From NCBI GenBank assembly GCA_052390515.1, contig JBQTGV010000103.1:1-33631 (forward strand): a stretch of 33,631 nucleotides of DNA. Direction: 5' to 3'. The notes under the pieces were generated by a model. The model saw nothing but the letters and a program-made list of their open reading frames with translations, did not search any database and had not been told where the DNA came from. The stretch's first letter is position 1. Each line of letters starts with the position of its first letter. Shown piece after piece: positions 18,553 through 28,665 of this stretch. The position numbers and the translations under genes are program-made. Source of the stretch: Candidatus Eiseniibacteriota bacterium (GTDB lineage: Bacteria; ARS69).

Positions 18553-19461
18553 ATGCGCGTTCTCGTTTCCGGATCCTCCGGGCTGGTCGGCGCCGCCCTC
18601 GCGCGGGAGCTCGCGCGCGGCGGCCACGAGGTCGGCCGTCTCCTCCGCGGAGGGGCCGGAGCTTCGACCGGCGAAGGCGTGGCCTGGGATCCGCGGGCCG
18701 GCGTCGACCCGGCTGCACTCTCCGGGTGGGACGCGGTGGTACACCTCGCGGGGAAGAACCTGGCGTGTCTGTGGACGCCGGCCGCGCAGCACGAGATCCG
18801 GCGAAGCCGGGTGGAGGGCACCCGCCGGCTCGCCGAGGCGCTGGCGCGCGCCGAGGACGGGCCGCGCACGCTGCTCTGCGCGTCCGGGGTCGGCTGGTAC
18901 GGGAGTCGCGGCGAGGAAGCGCTCGACGAGGACAGCACGCCCGGCACGGGCTGGCTCGGCGACCTGTGCCGCGAGTGGGAGGCCGCGGCCGACCCGGCGC
19001 GCTCGGCCGGCCTGCGCGTGGCCCACCTCCGCTTCGGTATCGTTCTGGCGCGCGAGGGCGGAGCGCTGGCGAAGATGCTGCCGCCCTTCCGCCTCGGGCT
19101 CGGCGGCCGCATCGGTGGCGGGCGCCAGTGGATGAGCTGGGTGACCCGGGACGACGCCGTGCGGGCCGCGCTCTTCGCTCTCGAGGCGAAGGACCTCGCT
19201 GGTCCGCTGAACGTCGTCGCGCCGCAGCCGGTCACGAACGCGGATTTCACAGCGGCGCTCGGTCGTGCGCTCGGGCGGCCGACACCCTTCCCCGTGCCCG
19301 CGTTCCTGCTCTCGGTCCTGCCCGGCGGAATGGCGAAGGAGATGCTGCTCGCGAGCCAACGAGCGAGCCCCGCCCGGCTGACCGGGCGGGGCTTCATGTT
19401 CCGCCACGCGCGGCTCGACGCCGCGCTGGATGGCCTGCTACGCGAAGCTCCTCAGAACTGA
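18553..19461 (+). CDS. TIGR01777 family NAD-dependent epimerase/oxidoreductase (YfcH-like, 302 aa)
   Basis: [45 protein letters not shown] and P.VTN..F motifs. Confidence 0.92.
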   Translation: MRVLVSGSSGLVGAALARELARGGHEVGRLLRGGAGASTGEGVAWDPRAGVDPAALSGWDAVVHLAGKNLACLWTPAAQHEIRRSRVEGTRRLAEALARAEDGPRTLLCASGVGWYGSRGEEALDEDSTPGTGWLGDLCREWEAAADPARSAGLRVAHLRFGIVLAREGGALAKMLPPFRLGLGGRIGGGRQWMSWVTRDDAVRAALFALEAKDLAGPLNVVAPQPVTNADFTAALGRALGRPTPFPVPAFLLSVLPGGMAKEMLLASQRASPARLTGRGFMFRHARLDAALDGLLREAPQN

Positions 19462-20750
19462 GCTTCCTCGGTCGATCCGGTCATGGCCGTCGTGGAGCAC
19501 GTGCCGCCGGACACGGCCTTCGCCACCGCGTCGAAGTATCCGGTGCCGACCTCGCGCTGGTGTTTCGTCGCCGTGTAGCCGTTCACTTCGTCGTCGAACT
19601 CCGCCTGCTGCAGCTCCGCGTACGCGGACATGCCGCGGATGGCGTAGTCGTGCGCCAGGTGGAACATGCTGTGGTTCAGCGCATGGAATCCCGCGAGCGT
19701 CACGAACTGGAACTTGTAGCCCATGGCACCCAGCTCCCGCTGGAACCGGGAGATGGTCACGTCGTCGAGGTTCGCGCGCCAGTTGAAGGACGGGGAGCAG
19801 TTGTAAGCCAGGAGCTTGCCCGGGAACTCGGCATGCACGGCCTCCGCGAACTCCCTGGCCTCGCCGAGGTCCGGCGTGGACGTCTCGCACCACAGCACGT
19901 CGGCGTAGGGCGCGTAGGCCAGCGCCCGCGCGATCGACGCTTCGAGGCCGTTGCCCACCTCGTAGAAGCCCTCGGGCGTCCGGCGTCCGGTCAAGAAGCG
20001 GTGGTCGCGCTCGTCCAGGTCGCTGGTGATCAGCGTGGCCGCTTCCGCGTCGGTCCGCGCGACGAGCACCGTGGGCACTCCCAGCACGTCCGCGGCGAGC
20101 CGCGCCGCGCTCAGCGTGCGAATGAACGTGCAGGTCGGCACCAGCACCTTGCCACCGAGGTGCCCGCACTTCTTCTCCGAGGCGAGCTGGTCCTCGAAGT
20201 GCACGCCGGCCGCTCCCGCCTCGATCATCGCCTTCATCAGCTCGAACGCGTTCAGCGGCCCGCCGAATCCGGCCTCCGCGTCGGCCCCGATGGGCGCGAA
20301 CCAGTGCGTGCCGCTCCGACCCTCCATGTGATCGATCTGATCCGCGCGCTGCAGCGCCTGGTTGATGCGCTTCACGACCTGCGGAACGCTGTTCGAAGGG
20401 TACAGGCTCTGATCCGGATACATGTGCCCGGCGAGGTTCGCGTCGGCGGCCACTTGCCATCCGGAGAGATAGATGGCCTTCAGACCGGCTCTCACCTGCT
20501 GCACCGCTTGGTTGCCGGTGAGCGCGCCGAGCGCGTGGACGTAGTCCTCCTCGTGGAGCAGCCGCCACAACCGCTCCGCGCCCATCTCCGCCAGCGTGTG
20601 CCGCACGCGCACCGTCCCGCGGAGCTTCTCGACATCCTCGAACGTGAAGTCGCGGCGGATGCCCGCCCACCGTTCGTCGCTTCCCATGAGGTCCGGCATT
20701 CCGTTCGCCGGCGAGATACCGTCAGGGGCGTGATTCCCGTTGCTTTGCAT
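19452..20750 (-). CDS. aceA: Isocitrate lyase (432 aa)
   Basis: [43 protein letters not shown] and the C-terminal [16 protein letters not shown]. Confidence 0.97.
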   Translation of the reverse strand: MQSNGNHAPDGISPANGMPDLMGSDERWAGIRRDFTFEDVEKLRGTVRVRHTLAEMGAERLWRLLHEEDYVHALGALTGNQAVQQVRAGLKAIYLSGWQVAADANLAGHMYPDQSLYPSNSVPQVVKRINQALQRADQIDHMEGRSGTHWFAPIGADAEAGFGGPLNAFELMKAMIEAGAAGVHFEDQLASEKKCGHLGGKVLVPTCTFIRTLSAARLAADVLGVPTVLVARTDAEAATLITSDLDERDHRFLTGRRTPEGFYEVGNGLEASIARALAYAPYADVLWCETSTPDLGEAREFAEAVHAEFPGKLLAYNCSPSFNWRANLDDVTISRFQRELGAMGYKFQFVTLAGFHALNHSMFHLAHDYAIRGMSAYAELQQAEFDDEVNGYTATKHQREVGTGYFDAVAKAVSGGTCSTTAMTGSTEEAQF

Positions 20751-20770
20751 GCCAGCTGTCCTCCGAACGG

Positions 20771-22393
<1,623 letters not shown>

Positions 22394-22460
22394 GAGGCTC
22401 TCTCGGCGCGAAGGCAAGTTGTGGATCTTTGACAAGGCACCCCCCGCGGGTGCCCGACTG

Positions 22461-22544
22461 CCTAAGATCTTAGGAAATCGAAGGTTCGAGACACAACCGC
22501 TAATGTGTTGCGACGTGGATGTCGATCCTTCACACGGTGTAAAG
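22461..22544. promoter_or_regulatory. Dyad-symmetric candidate operators in the divergent aceB/ramB promoter region
   Basis: Perfect 14-bp palindrome CCTAAGATCTTAGG (22461-22474) and near-palindrome CTTCACAC-G-GTGTAAAG (22528-22544) in an AT-richer spacer. Confidence 0.45.
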
Positions 22545-22581
22545 TTGTGCTGTTTCGCGGGCGCAGGGAGGGTGCGAGCGC

Positions 22582-24027
22582 GTGGCGAACAACGCATACC
22601 TCGGCAACAAGATCCGCCGGCTGCGGAAGGAAGCCGGGATGACCCAGGTGCAGCTCGCCGGGCGGCTGTCCATCTCCCCGAGCTACCTGAACCTCATCGA
22701 GCGGAACCAGCGGGCGTTGACCGTGCCGCTCCTGCTGCGGCTCGCGGAGATCTTCCAGCTCGACCTGCGTACGTTCTCCGAGGACGACGAAGCGCGGCTG
22801 GTCGCCGATCTGCAGGAGGCCTTCAGCGACCCCATCTTCGCCGCCCACCGGCTGCGGGACACCGACCTCCGCGACCTCCTGGGCTCTTCCCCCGTGGCGG
22901 CCCGTGCCGTGCTCGAGCTGTACCGCGCCTACCGCCGCGCGCGCGACGATGCGCAGAGCCTGGCTGCGCGCCTCTCCGACGGCGAGGTCGTCTACGGCGC
23001 CGAGACGCATCGCCAGCCGACCGAGGAGGTGTCGGACTTCCTCCAGCTGCACGACAACCACTTCGCGGAGCTGGAGACCGCCGCCGCGGAACTGTGGAAG
23101 ACGGCCGACATCGTCCCGACCGACATTCGCGGGTGCCTGGGCCGGCACCTCCTCGGGGTCCACCGGATCGGGGTCGAGATCGCCACGAGCGAAGCGCTGG
23201 CCGGGGCCGTTCGCCGCTTCTCCCCCCGCGAGCGCAAGCTCGTGCTCTCCGAGGCGCTGCCGTCGTACAGCGTCGCGTTCCAGCTGGCGCACCAGATCGC
23301 GCTGTTCGAGCTACAGCCCGCCCTGGACCGGCTCATCGAGGAGGCGGAGCTGCGCTCCGGGGACTCGCGACGGCTCTGCCGCATCGCGCTGGCCAGCTAC
23401 TTCGCCGGCGCCGTGCTCATGCCCTACGACCGATTCCTGGAGAGAGCGAAGGCCGTTCGCTACGACGTGGAGCTGCTCGAGCACCGCTTCCGCGTCAGCT
23501 TCGAGCAGGTCTGCCATCGGCTCACCACGCTGAACGCCCCCGGCAACGCCGGCGTGCCGTTTCATCTGGTGCGCGTGGACATCGCCGGAAACATCTCCAA
23601 ACGCTACAGCGGCTCGGGAATGCGTTTCGCGCGCTACAGCGGCGGCTGCTCGCTCTGGAACGTGCACTCCGCGTTCCTGACGCCCGGCCTGATCCGCACG
23701 CAGCTCTCGGAGATGCCCGACGGCAAGCGCTACTTCTCGATCGCGCGGACGATCCGCAAGGCCGGCGGCGGCCACCAGGTGCGCCAGGCCCGCTACGCCA
23801 TCGAGCTCGGCTGCGAGGCGAAGTTCGCGAAGGAGCTGGTCTACGCCGACGGCGTTGCGCTGGACAGCGCAGCGGTACCGATCGGGGTCAGCTGCCGGCT
23901 CTGCGAGCGGACCGACTGCCGGCAGCGCGCCTTCCCGCCGATGGATCACCGGCTGGAAGTGGACGAGAACGTGCGCGGACTGTCGTTCTACTACTCGCCG
24001 CCGTCGGAGTCGCTCGACTCCACGTAG
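22582..24027 (+). CDS. ramB: RamB/ScfR-family short-chain fatty acyl-CoA regulator (XRE HTH, M78-like, DUF2083; 481 aa)
   Basis: [54 protein letters not shown] and [15 protein letters not shown]. Divergent from aceBA. Confidence 0.88.
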   Translation: MANNAYLGNKIRRLRKEAGMTQVQLAGRLSISPSYLNLIERNQRALTVPLLLRLAEIFQLDLRTFSEDDEARLVADLQEAFSDPIFAAHRLRDTDLRDLLGSSPVAARAVLELYRAYRRARDDAQSLAARLSDGEVVYGAETHRQPTEEVSDFLQLHDNHFAELETAAAELWKTADIVPTDIRGCLGRHLLGVHRIGVEIATSEALAGAVRRFSPRERKLVLSEALPSYSVAFQLAHQIALFELQPALDRLIEEAELRSGDSRRLCRIALASYFAGAVLMPYDRFLERAKAVRYDVELLEHRFRVSFEQVCHRLTTLNAPGNAGVPFHLVRVDIAGNISKRYSGSGMRFARYSGGCSLWNVHSAFLTPGLIRTQLSEMPDGKRYFSIARTIRKAGGGHQVRQARYAIELGCEAKFAKELVYADGVALDSAAVPIGVSCRLCERTDCRQRAFPPMDHRLEVDENVRGLSFYYSPPSESLDST

Positions 24028-24326
24028 CCCGCCTCGCGGAGCGCGGCTTCGTACTCCGCCAGCACGGTGGCCTCCATGTAGGCGCGGAATTCTTTCGTGA
24101 CCGGGTGCGCGATGTCCTGGTGCGTTCCATCTCGGCGCGGCCGCGACGGCATCGCCACGAACGTACCCTTGTTCCCGTCGATCACCTTCAGGCTGCGAAC
24201 AACGAAGCACTCGTTGAACGTGATCGTCGCGAACGCGCGCAGCGCTCCGTCGTCCACGAGCGCGATCTTCACTTCGGTGATGACGAGAGCGGAAGGAGGT
24301 GCGAGAGAGGGGGCGAGGGGATTCAT
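23991..24326 (-). CDS. spoVG: SpoVG family nucleic-acid-binding protein (about 111 aa)
   Basis: ITEVKI...LRAFATITFNECFVVRSLKVIDGNKGTFVAMPSR...DIAHPV. GAGAGG lies upstream of the ATG at 24326; the exact start is uncertain. Confidence 0.9.
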   Translation of the reverse strand: MNPLAPSLAPPSALVITEVKIALVDDGALRAFATITFNECFVVRSLKVIDGNKGTFVAMPSRPRRDGTHQDIAHPVTKEFRAYMEATVLAEYEAALREAGYVESSDSDGGE

Positions 24327-24460
24327 GACGCCTCTCAGGATGGAGCGAGCGAATACGTGCAATGGTCGTCAATCTAATCGGCCTCGGGGTGGGGAATCAA
24401 CCACCGTCGTACGGCGGGACACTCGATCGTGTATCCTGCCGGGATCCAGGGAGGTGATCC

Positions 24461-24793
24461 ATGACCAGCGAACTCGCGCAAAGGACGTGCATCCCCTGCG
24501 AGGGCGGAATCCCGCCGCTCCGACCCGAGCAGGCCGCGGAGCTCCTCCGGGAGCTCGGGGGGACGTGGCAGATCGTGAGGCACCATCACCTGGCGAACCA
24601 GTACGAGTTCCCGGACTTCCTGCAAGCCCTCGCCGCGGTGAACCGGATCGGGCAGCTCGCCGAGGAGCAGGGACACCATCCCGATCTGCACCTCGGGTGG
24701 GGACGCGTCGGGGTGGAGATCTGGACGCACAAGATCGACGGCTTGACCGAGAGCGACTTCATCCTCGCGGCGAAGATCGACTCGGTCGTCTGA
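24461..24793 (+). CDS. Pterin-4-alpha-carbinolamine dehydratase (PhhB/PCD family)
   Basis: CIPCEGG, AEEQGHHPDL and WTHKIDGLTESDFILAAKID. GGAGGT RBS. Confidence 0.93.
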   Translation: MTSELAQRTCIPCEGGIPPLRPEQAAELLRELGGTWQIVRHHHLANQYEFPDFLQALAAVNRIGQLAEEQGHHPDLHLGWGRVGVEIWTHKIDGLTESDFILAAKIDSVV

Positions 24794-24796
24794 CGA

Positions 24797-26824
24797 TCAG
24801 CGGTCCAGCCGGACGATCTTGCGCGTCTCCGTGCGACCGGCGGCGTCCAGCCGGTAGAAGTAGACGCCTGCGGGGAGCGGCCGCCCGTCCTCGTCCCGTC
24901 CATCCCAGGCGATCGTCTGGCGGCCGGCGGGGTAGGTGCCGTTCACCACGGTGGCCAAGTGCCGTCCGCTCACGTCGTGCACGGTGAGACGCGCCGCGCC
25001 GGCCTCGCCCATCCAGAAGCCGATCTCCGTCGAGCGCCGGAAGGGATTCGGACGCCCCGCCTCGAGCGCCAGGGCTGCCACGACCCAGAACGGCGTTCGC
25101 ACCAGGATCGGGTCGACGAGAACCGCCCCTCCCGCGTCTACCGCCTCGAGGGAGTAGAAGTACACCGCCTGCGGCTCCACGTCCCGATCCACGAACCGGG
25201 CGGGATTCGCCCTGCCGGCGAGCGGCTCGTCGTGCAGCCGGTGCCACGGCCCGCCCCGCGAAGGCGCCCGAAGGACCCAGACACCTTCGGAGAGCCCATC
25301 CCCGGAGCTCCACCACTCGAGGTCGACGAACCCGGCCCGGCCGACGCCGCGGAACCCCGAGACGACGAGCCCGGTCGTCGTCGAGTCCTCCACGACCAGG
25401 ATCCGCTGGTTCATGGCGACGCCGATGATCGTCTGCACGATCCCCGAGGGCCAACGCACCTCCAGCGTGTCGAGCACGCTCCGCGAAGCCAGGCCGAAGC
25501 CGAGCTGTACCGTCAGGGAGCCCTGCGAGTAGAGCCCGGACGAGCTCGTCACCTCGCGGTGCTGCACGAACTTGTCCTCCACGGCGCGAACCCTTGCTCC
25601 GATGCCGGAGCGGTTCGACACGACGCCCTGCAGGTCCACCTGCAGCCAGTTGCTGGCCAGCAGGCAGTCGTTGCGGACGAGCCAGTTCGGCTGGTCCGCC
25701 TGCAGCGTGGCGATCACCAGGTCCAGATCGCCGTCGCCGTCGTAGTCGCCCCAGGCCACGCCGCCCCCCAGCGGGAAGTGCAGGAGGGGGCCGGTCGCCA
25801 CGTCGGTGAAGTGGAACTCGCCGTAGGACAGGTCGTTGTGCGCTAGCGTGTTCGCGGCGAAGGCCTCGTCGAAGTACAGATCCTGCCAGCCGTCGTTGTC
25901 GTAGTCGGCCCAGGCGCACGCGCCGTGGAGCCCGGGCTGGTTGAGGGGCGGCGCGGAGACGTCCGAGAAGCTCCCGTTACCCTCGTTGTGGAAGAGCCGG
26001 TTCGATCCCCCGAAGTTGACCAGGTACAGATCGAGCCAGCCGTCATTGTCGTAGTCGGCCCAGGCGCTCCCGTGACCCAGGCCGCGATCGTCCAGCGGCG
26101 GTGTGGTGACGTCGCGGAAGACTCCGCCGTCGTTGCGCAGAAGCTGTTTCGGCGCGGTGTTCGACGAGATGAAGACGTCCTGATCGCGGTCGTTGTCGTA
26201 GTCCCCCCACGCGGCGGAGACGACCGAGCGCGTGTCGGCGAGCGGCAGGACGGCGATGTTGGTGAACGTTCCCGCGTTGTTGCGCCAGAGCGCGCTGGGG
26301 GAGACGCCGGTGCCACCGACATACAGGTCGAGGTCGCCGTCGTTGTCGTAGTCCACCCAGTTGCACGCACCTCGGGTCGCCACGGCCATCGCCGGGGTGG
26401 AGATGTCGGAGAACGCGCCGTTCCCGTTGTTCCGGAACAGGTGATTGCCCAGGTTGCCGGTCGTGTAGCAGTCGAGGTCGCCGTCGTGGTCGTAGTCGCC
26501 CCACGTCGGCGCGATGTCGTCGGTGGGAGTGGACAGCGCGCTCGCCGCGAGGAACGTGAACGAATCCCCGTCGTTGCGTACCAGGCGGCTTCCCGGGCTC
26601 ACCGCCGCGGGTGCCTTCAGGAAGTGCAAGTCCAGGTCCCCGTCCCCGTCGAAGTCGGTCCAGGCCACTCCGATCGTCGAGCCGAGGGTCATCACCGCGG
26701 GATCGGTGATCAGGGTCCAGCTGCAGGTCGTGGCCAGGGCGCCCGGGGCCGGCAGCAGCAGGCAGGCGGCGGCCAGGGCGAAGGCCGGGGTGCGGCGCGT
26801 GGGCGGGGGGACGGATGCGGGCAC
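24797..26824 (-). CDS. Secreted FG-GAP repeat / CRTAC1-like (ASPIC-UnbV) protein with FlgD-Ig/CTD tail (about 675 aa)
   Basis: Seven W.D[YF]D.D[GR]..D repeats, ASPIC/UnbV segment NRSGIGARV...FGLG...LEVRWPSG, and a PNPF...WDGRD...PAGVYFYRL tail. The GTG at 26824 precedes a signal peptide. Confidence 0.88.
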   Translation of the reverse strand: MPASVPPPTRRTPAFALAAACLLLPAPGALATTCSWTLITDPAVMTLGSTIGVAWTDFDGDGDLDLHFLKAPAAVSPGSRLVRNDGDSFTFLAASALSTPTDDIAPTWGDYDHDGDLDCYTTGNLGNHLFRNNGNGAFSDISTPAMAVATRGACNWVDYDNDGDLDLYVGGTGVSPSALWRNNAGTFTNIAVLPLADTRSVVSAAWGDYDNDRDQDVFISSNTAPKQLLRNDGGVFRDVTTPPLDDRGLGHGSAWADYDNDGWLDLYLVNFGGSNRLFHNEGNGSFSDVSAPPLNQPGLHGACAWADYDNDGWQDLYFDEAFAANTLAHNDLSYGEFHFTDVATGPLLHFPLGGGVAWGDYDGDGDLDLVIATLQADQPNWLVRNDCLLASNWLQVDLQGVVSNRSGIGARVRAVEDKFVQHREVTSSSGLYSQGSLTVQLGFGLASRSVLDTLEVRWPSGIVQTIIGVAMNQRILVVEDSTTTGLVVSGFRGVGRAGFVDLEWWSSGDGLSEGVWVLRAPSRGGPWHRLHDEPLAGRANPARFVDRDVEPQAVYFYSLEAVDAGGAVLVDPILVRTPFWVVAALALEAGRPNPFRRSTEIGFWMGEAGAARLTVHDVSGRHLATVVNGTYPAGRQTIAWDGRDEDGRPLPAGVYFYRLDAAGRTETRKIVRLDR

Positions 26825-26830
26825 GGGGCG

Positions 26831-26859
26831 ATTATTCGTCGCGGGGGCGCGAGCGTCAA
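26831..26859 (-). promoter_or_regulatory. Sigma70-type promoter, probably producing a leaderless mRNA
   Basis: Minus strand reads TTGACG-N17-AATAAT-N6-GTG(26824), with no SD sequence. Confidence 0.65.
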
Positions 26860-27044
26860 ACGGCCGGCTTGCCGCGGCGCGAGCCCCATCCGGCCGGCCG
26901 AGCGGCGGAGGCGCTCGCCGGATCGACCGTCCCGCACAACGCGGCAGGCCGGGGCGGTAACACGATTCGCGAAGGCGAGTGTACAATGTCGGAAAGCGGC
27001 AAGGAACCCATGCGACTCCAACCCAGACATCCCTCGATCACGCC

Positions 27045-27320
27045 GTGACCGTCACCATCCACGTCCCGGCAGTCCTGCGGGACTACTGCGAAGGCTCGTC
27101 CAACATCTCCACGTCGGCGCCCACCGTGCGCGCGCTCCTCGAGCAGCTCGAGCGCAGCCACCCGGCGCTGTACGGCAACGTCTGCGACGAGACCGGCGCG
27201 GTGCGACGCCACGTCAATCTGTTCGTGAACAGCTCTCACGTGCGTGACCGCGAGGGGCTGGACACGGTGCTGGAACCGGGCGACCTCATCTTCATACTAC
27301 CCGCCATTTCAGGAGGCTGA
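27045..27320 (+). CDS. MoaD/ThiS family ubiquitin-like (beta-grasp) protein (91 aa)
   Basis: VTIHVPAVLR...TVRALL..L...HPAL...RRHVNLFVN...GLDT.L..GD..FILPAISGG, ending in a free C-terminal GG. Confidence 0.92.
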   Translation: MTVTIHVPAVLRDYCEGSSNISTSAPTVRALLEQLERSHPALYGNVCDETGAVRRHVNLFVNSSHVRDREGLDTVLEPGDLIFILPAISGG

Positions 27321-27322
27321 GC

Positions 27323-28435
27323 ATGCCGGCGCGCGTCATCCTGTGTATCGGAACGAAGAAGGGCCTTTTCGTGGGCGAGGCGTCGAAGAACCGGCGCAAG
27401 TTCGAGCTACGCGGTCCGTTCGGATCCGGCGTGGCCGTCTACTCGGCGCTGATCGACACGCGCGGGACGCCGCGGCTCTACGCCTCGAGCTGCAACGCGT
27501 TCTTCGGGATGAAGATCCTGCGCTCGAACGACCTCGGGAAGAAGTTCAAGGAGACGAAGGCCGCTCCCGCGTTCCCCAAGGACGATGGACGAGCGCTCGC
27601 CAACATCTGGTCGCTCGAGGCGGGCGCGGACAAGAAGGAGCTGCTTTGCGGCGTCGAGCCGGCCTCGCTCTTCCGCAGCCGTGACGGCGGCGACTCCTGG
27701 GAGATGGTCTCCGGCATCAGCAACCACGACCACGCCCGCAAGTGGCAGCCGGGAAACGGCGGGCTCTGCATGCACACCATCCTCCGCGACGGGAATCGGG
27801 TGCACCTCGGCATCTCGACCGGCGGGCATTATCTCAGCGAGGACGGCGGCGAGACGTTCCGTGCCGCCAACCAGGGTGTCGGCGCCGGATTCGCGCCGGA
27901 TCCCTACCCCGAGTTCGGCCAGTGCGTTCACAAGATCGTGGGTCACAAGGACGCGCCCGGCAGGCTCTACATGCAGAACCACGGCGGGTGGGCGGAGTGG
28001 GACGGGCCGGGGGGACCGCGTCCCGACATCGGAGTGCTGCGCAGCGACGATCACGGTCTCACCTGGCGATCGATCGCCAAGGGGCTGCCTTCCGATTTCG
28101 GGTTCCCCATCCTCGTGCACCCGCACGACGCGGACACCGTCTACGTGATGCCGCTCGAGCCGACGACGCGCACCTGTCCGGGAGGCGCTCCCGCGGTGTG
28201 GCGCAGCGAGAACGGCGGCGGCTCGTGGAAGCGGCTCTCCAAGGGGTTGCCGAAGCGGGAGAGCTTCTTCACCGTCCAGCGCGACGCGATGGACATCGAC
28301 GAGCTCGGATCGCCGGCGCTGTACTTCGGGACGACCACGGGGCAGCTCTGGATCGGACGGGACGGCGGCGATGAGTGGGACTGCATCTTCGACGCGCTGC
28401 CTCCGATCCACTGCGTGAAGGTGGCCACGGTGTGA
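27323..28435 (+). CDS. Cytoplasmic BNR/Asp-box beta-propeller ('exo-alpha-sialidase-like') protein (370 aa)
   Basis: Six Asp boxes: SNDLGKKF, SRDGGDSW, SEDGGETF, SDDHGLTW, SENGGGSW, GRDGGDEW. No signal peptide. AGGAGG RBS lies inside the Ubl GG codons. Confidence 0.85.
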   Translation: MPARVILCIGTKKGLFVGEASKNRRKFELRGPFGSGVAVYSALIDTRGTPRLYASSCNAFFGMKILRSNDLGKKFKETKAAPAFPKDDGRALANIWSLEAGADKKELLCGVEPASLFRSRDGGDSWEMVSGISNHDHARKWQPGNGGLCMHTILRDGNRVHLGISTGGHYLSEDGGETFRAANQGVGAGFAPDPYPEFGQCVHKIVGHKDAPGRLYMQNHGGWAEWDGPGGPRPDIGVLRSDDHGLTWRSIAKGLPSDFGFPILVHPHDADTVYVMPLEPTTRTCPGGAPAVWRSENGGGSWKRLSKGLPKRESFFTVQRDAMDIDELGSPALYFGTTTGQLWIGRDGGDEWDCIFDALPPIHCVKVATV

Positions 28436-28665
28436 CGGCCGGCGGCCGCCTGCTTCGATCCCTGGTCGGTGCCGCCTTCGTCGCGCTGCTCGCATCCGGG
28501 TGCGCCACGACGGCCGGTGCCGACCGCGACCGCCTCGTCGCGGAGGCCATGGCGCTCGACTCGGACAGTGGTCTCCGCCACCTTCGACTCAAGATCGAGG
28601 CTGCGCGCGAAGCGTCGCTGGGGGGCTACGGCGAGGCGTCTCCGGGGGGGTGCGGCTGCCAGTGA
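28432..28665 (+). CDS. DUF4266-like small lipoprotein with C-terminal GGCGC (77 aa)
   Basis: GTGA overlap with the upstream gene, lipobox LASG-C, and tail REASLGG...GGCGCQ typical of DUF4266. Confidence 0.8.
   Translation: MTAGGRLLRSLVGAAFVALLASGCATTAGADRDRLVAEAMALDSDSGLRHLRLKIEAAREASLGGYGEASPGGCGCQ

Noticed and set aside
13989..19397. 1802-aa minus-strand ORF and other long overlapping ORFs (e.g. 11888-14848, 16511-19135, 21939-24377, 18726-20861)
   Set aside because: Arg/Pro/Gly-rich or antisense shadows of well-supported genes, expected at high GC, with no motifs.
4778..20288. Single-residue departures from consensus (M16 HMPFN for HMAFN, AceA PIGAD for PIVAD, HcrC GTTRGC for GTKRGC)
   Set aside because: Catalytic and ligand residues are intact. 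Natural variation cannot be told from base-call error without reads.
24461..27320. Pterin dehydratase plus MoaD-like gene as a Moco biosynthesis cluster for the Hcr-like enzyme
   Set aside because: PCD acts in biopterin-type recycling, the genes are in separate transcription units, and no moaA, moaC, moaE, moeA or moeB is present.
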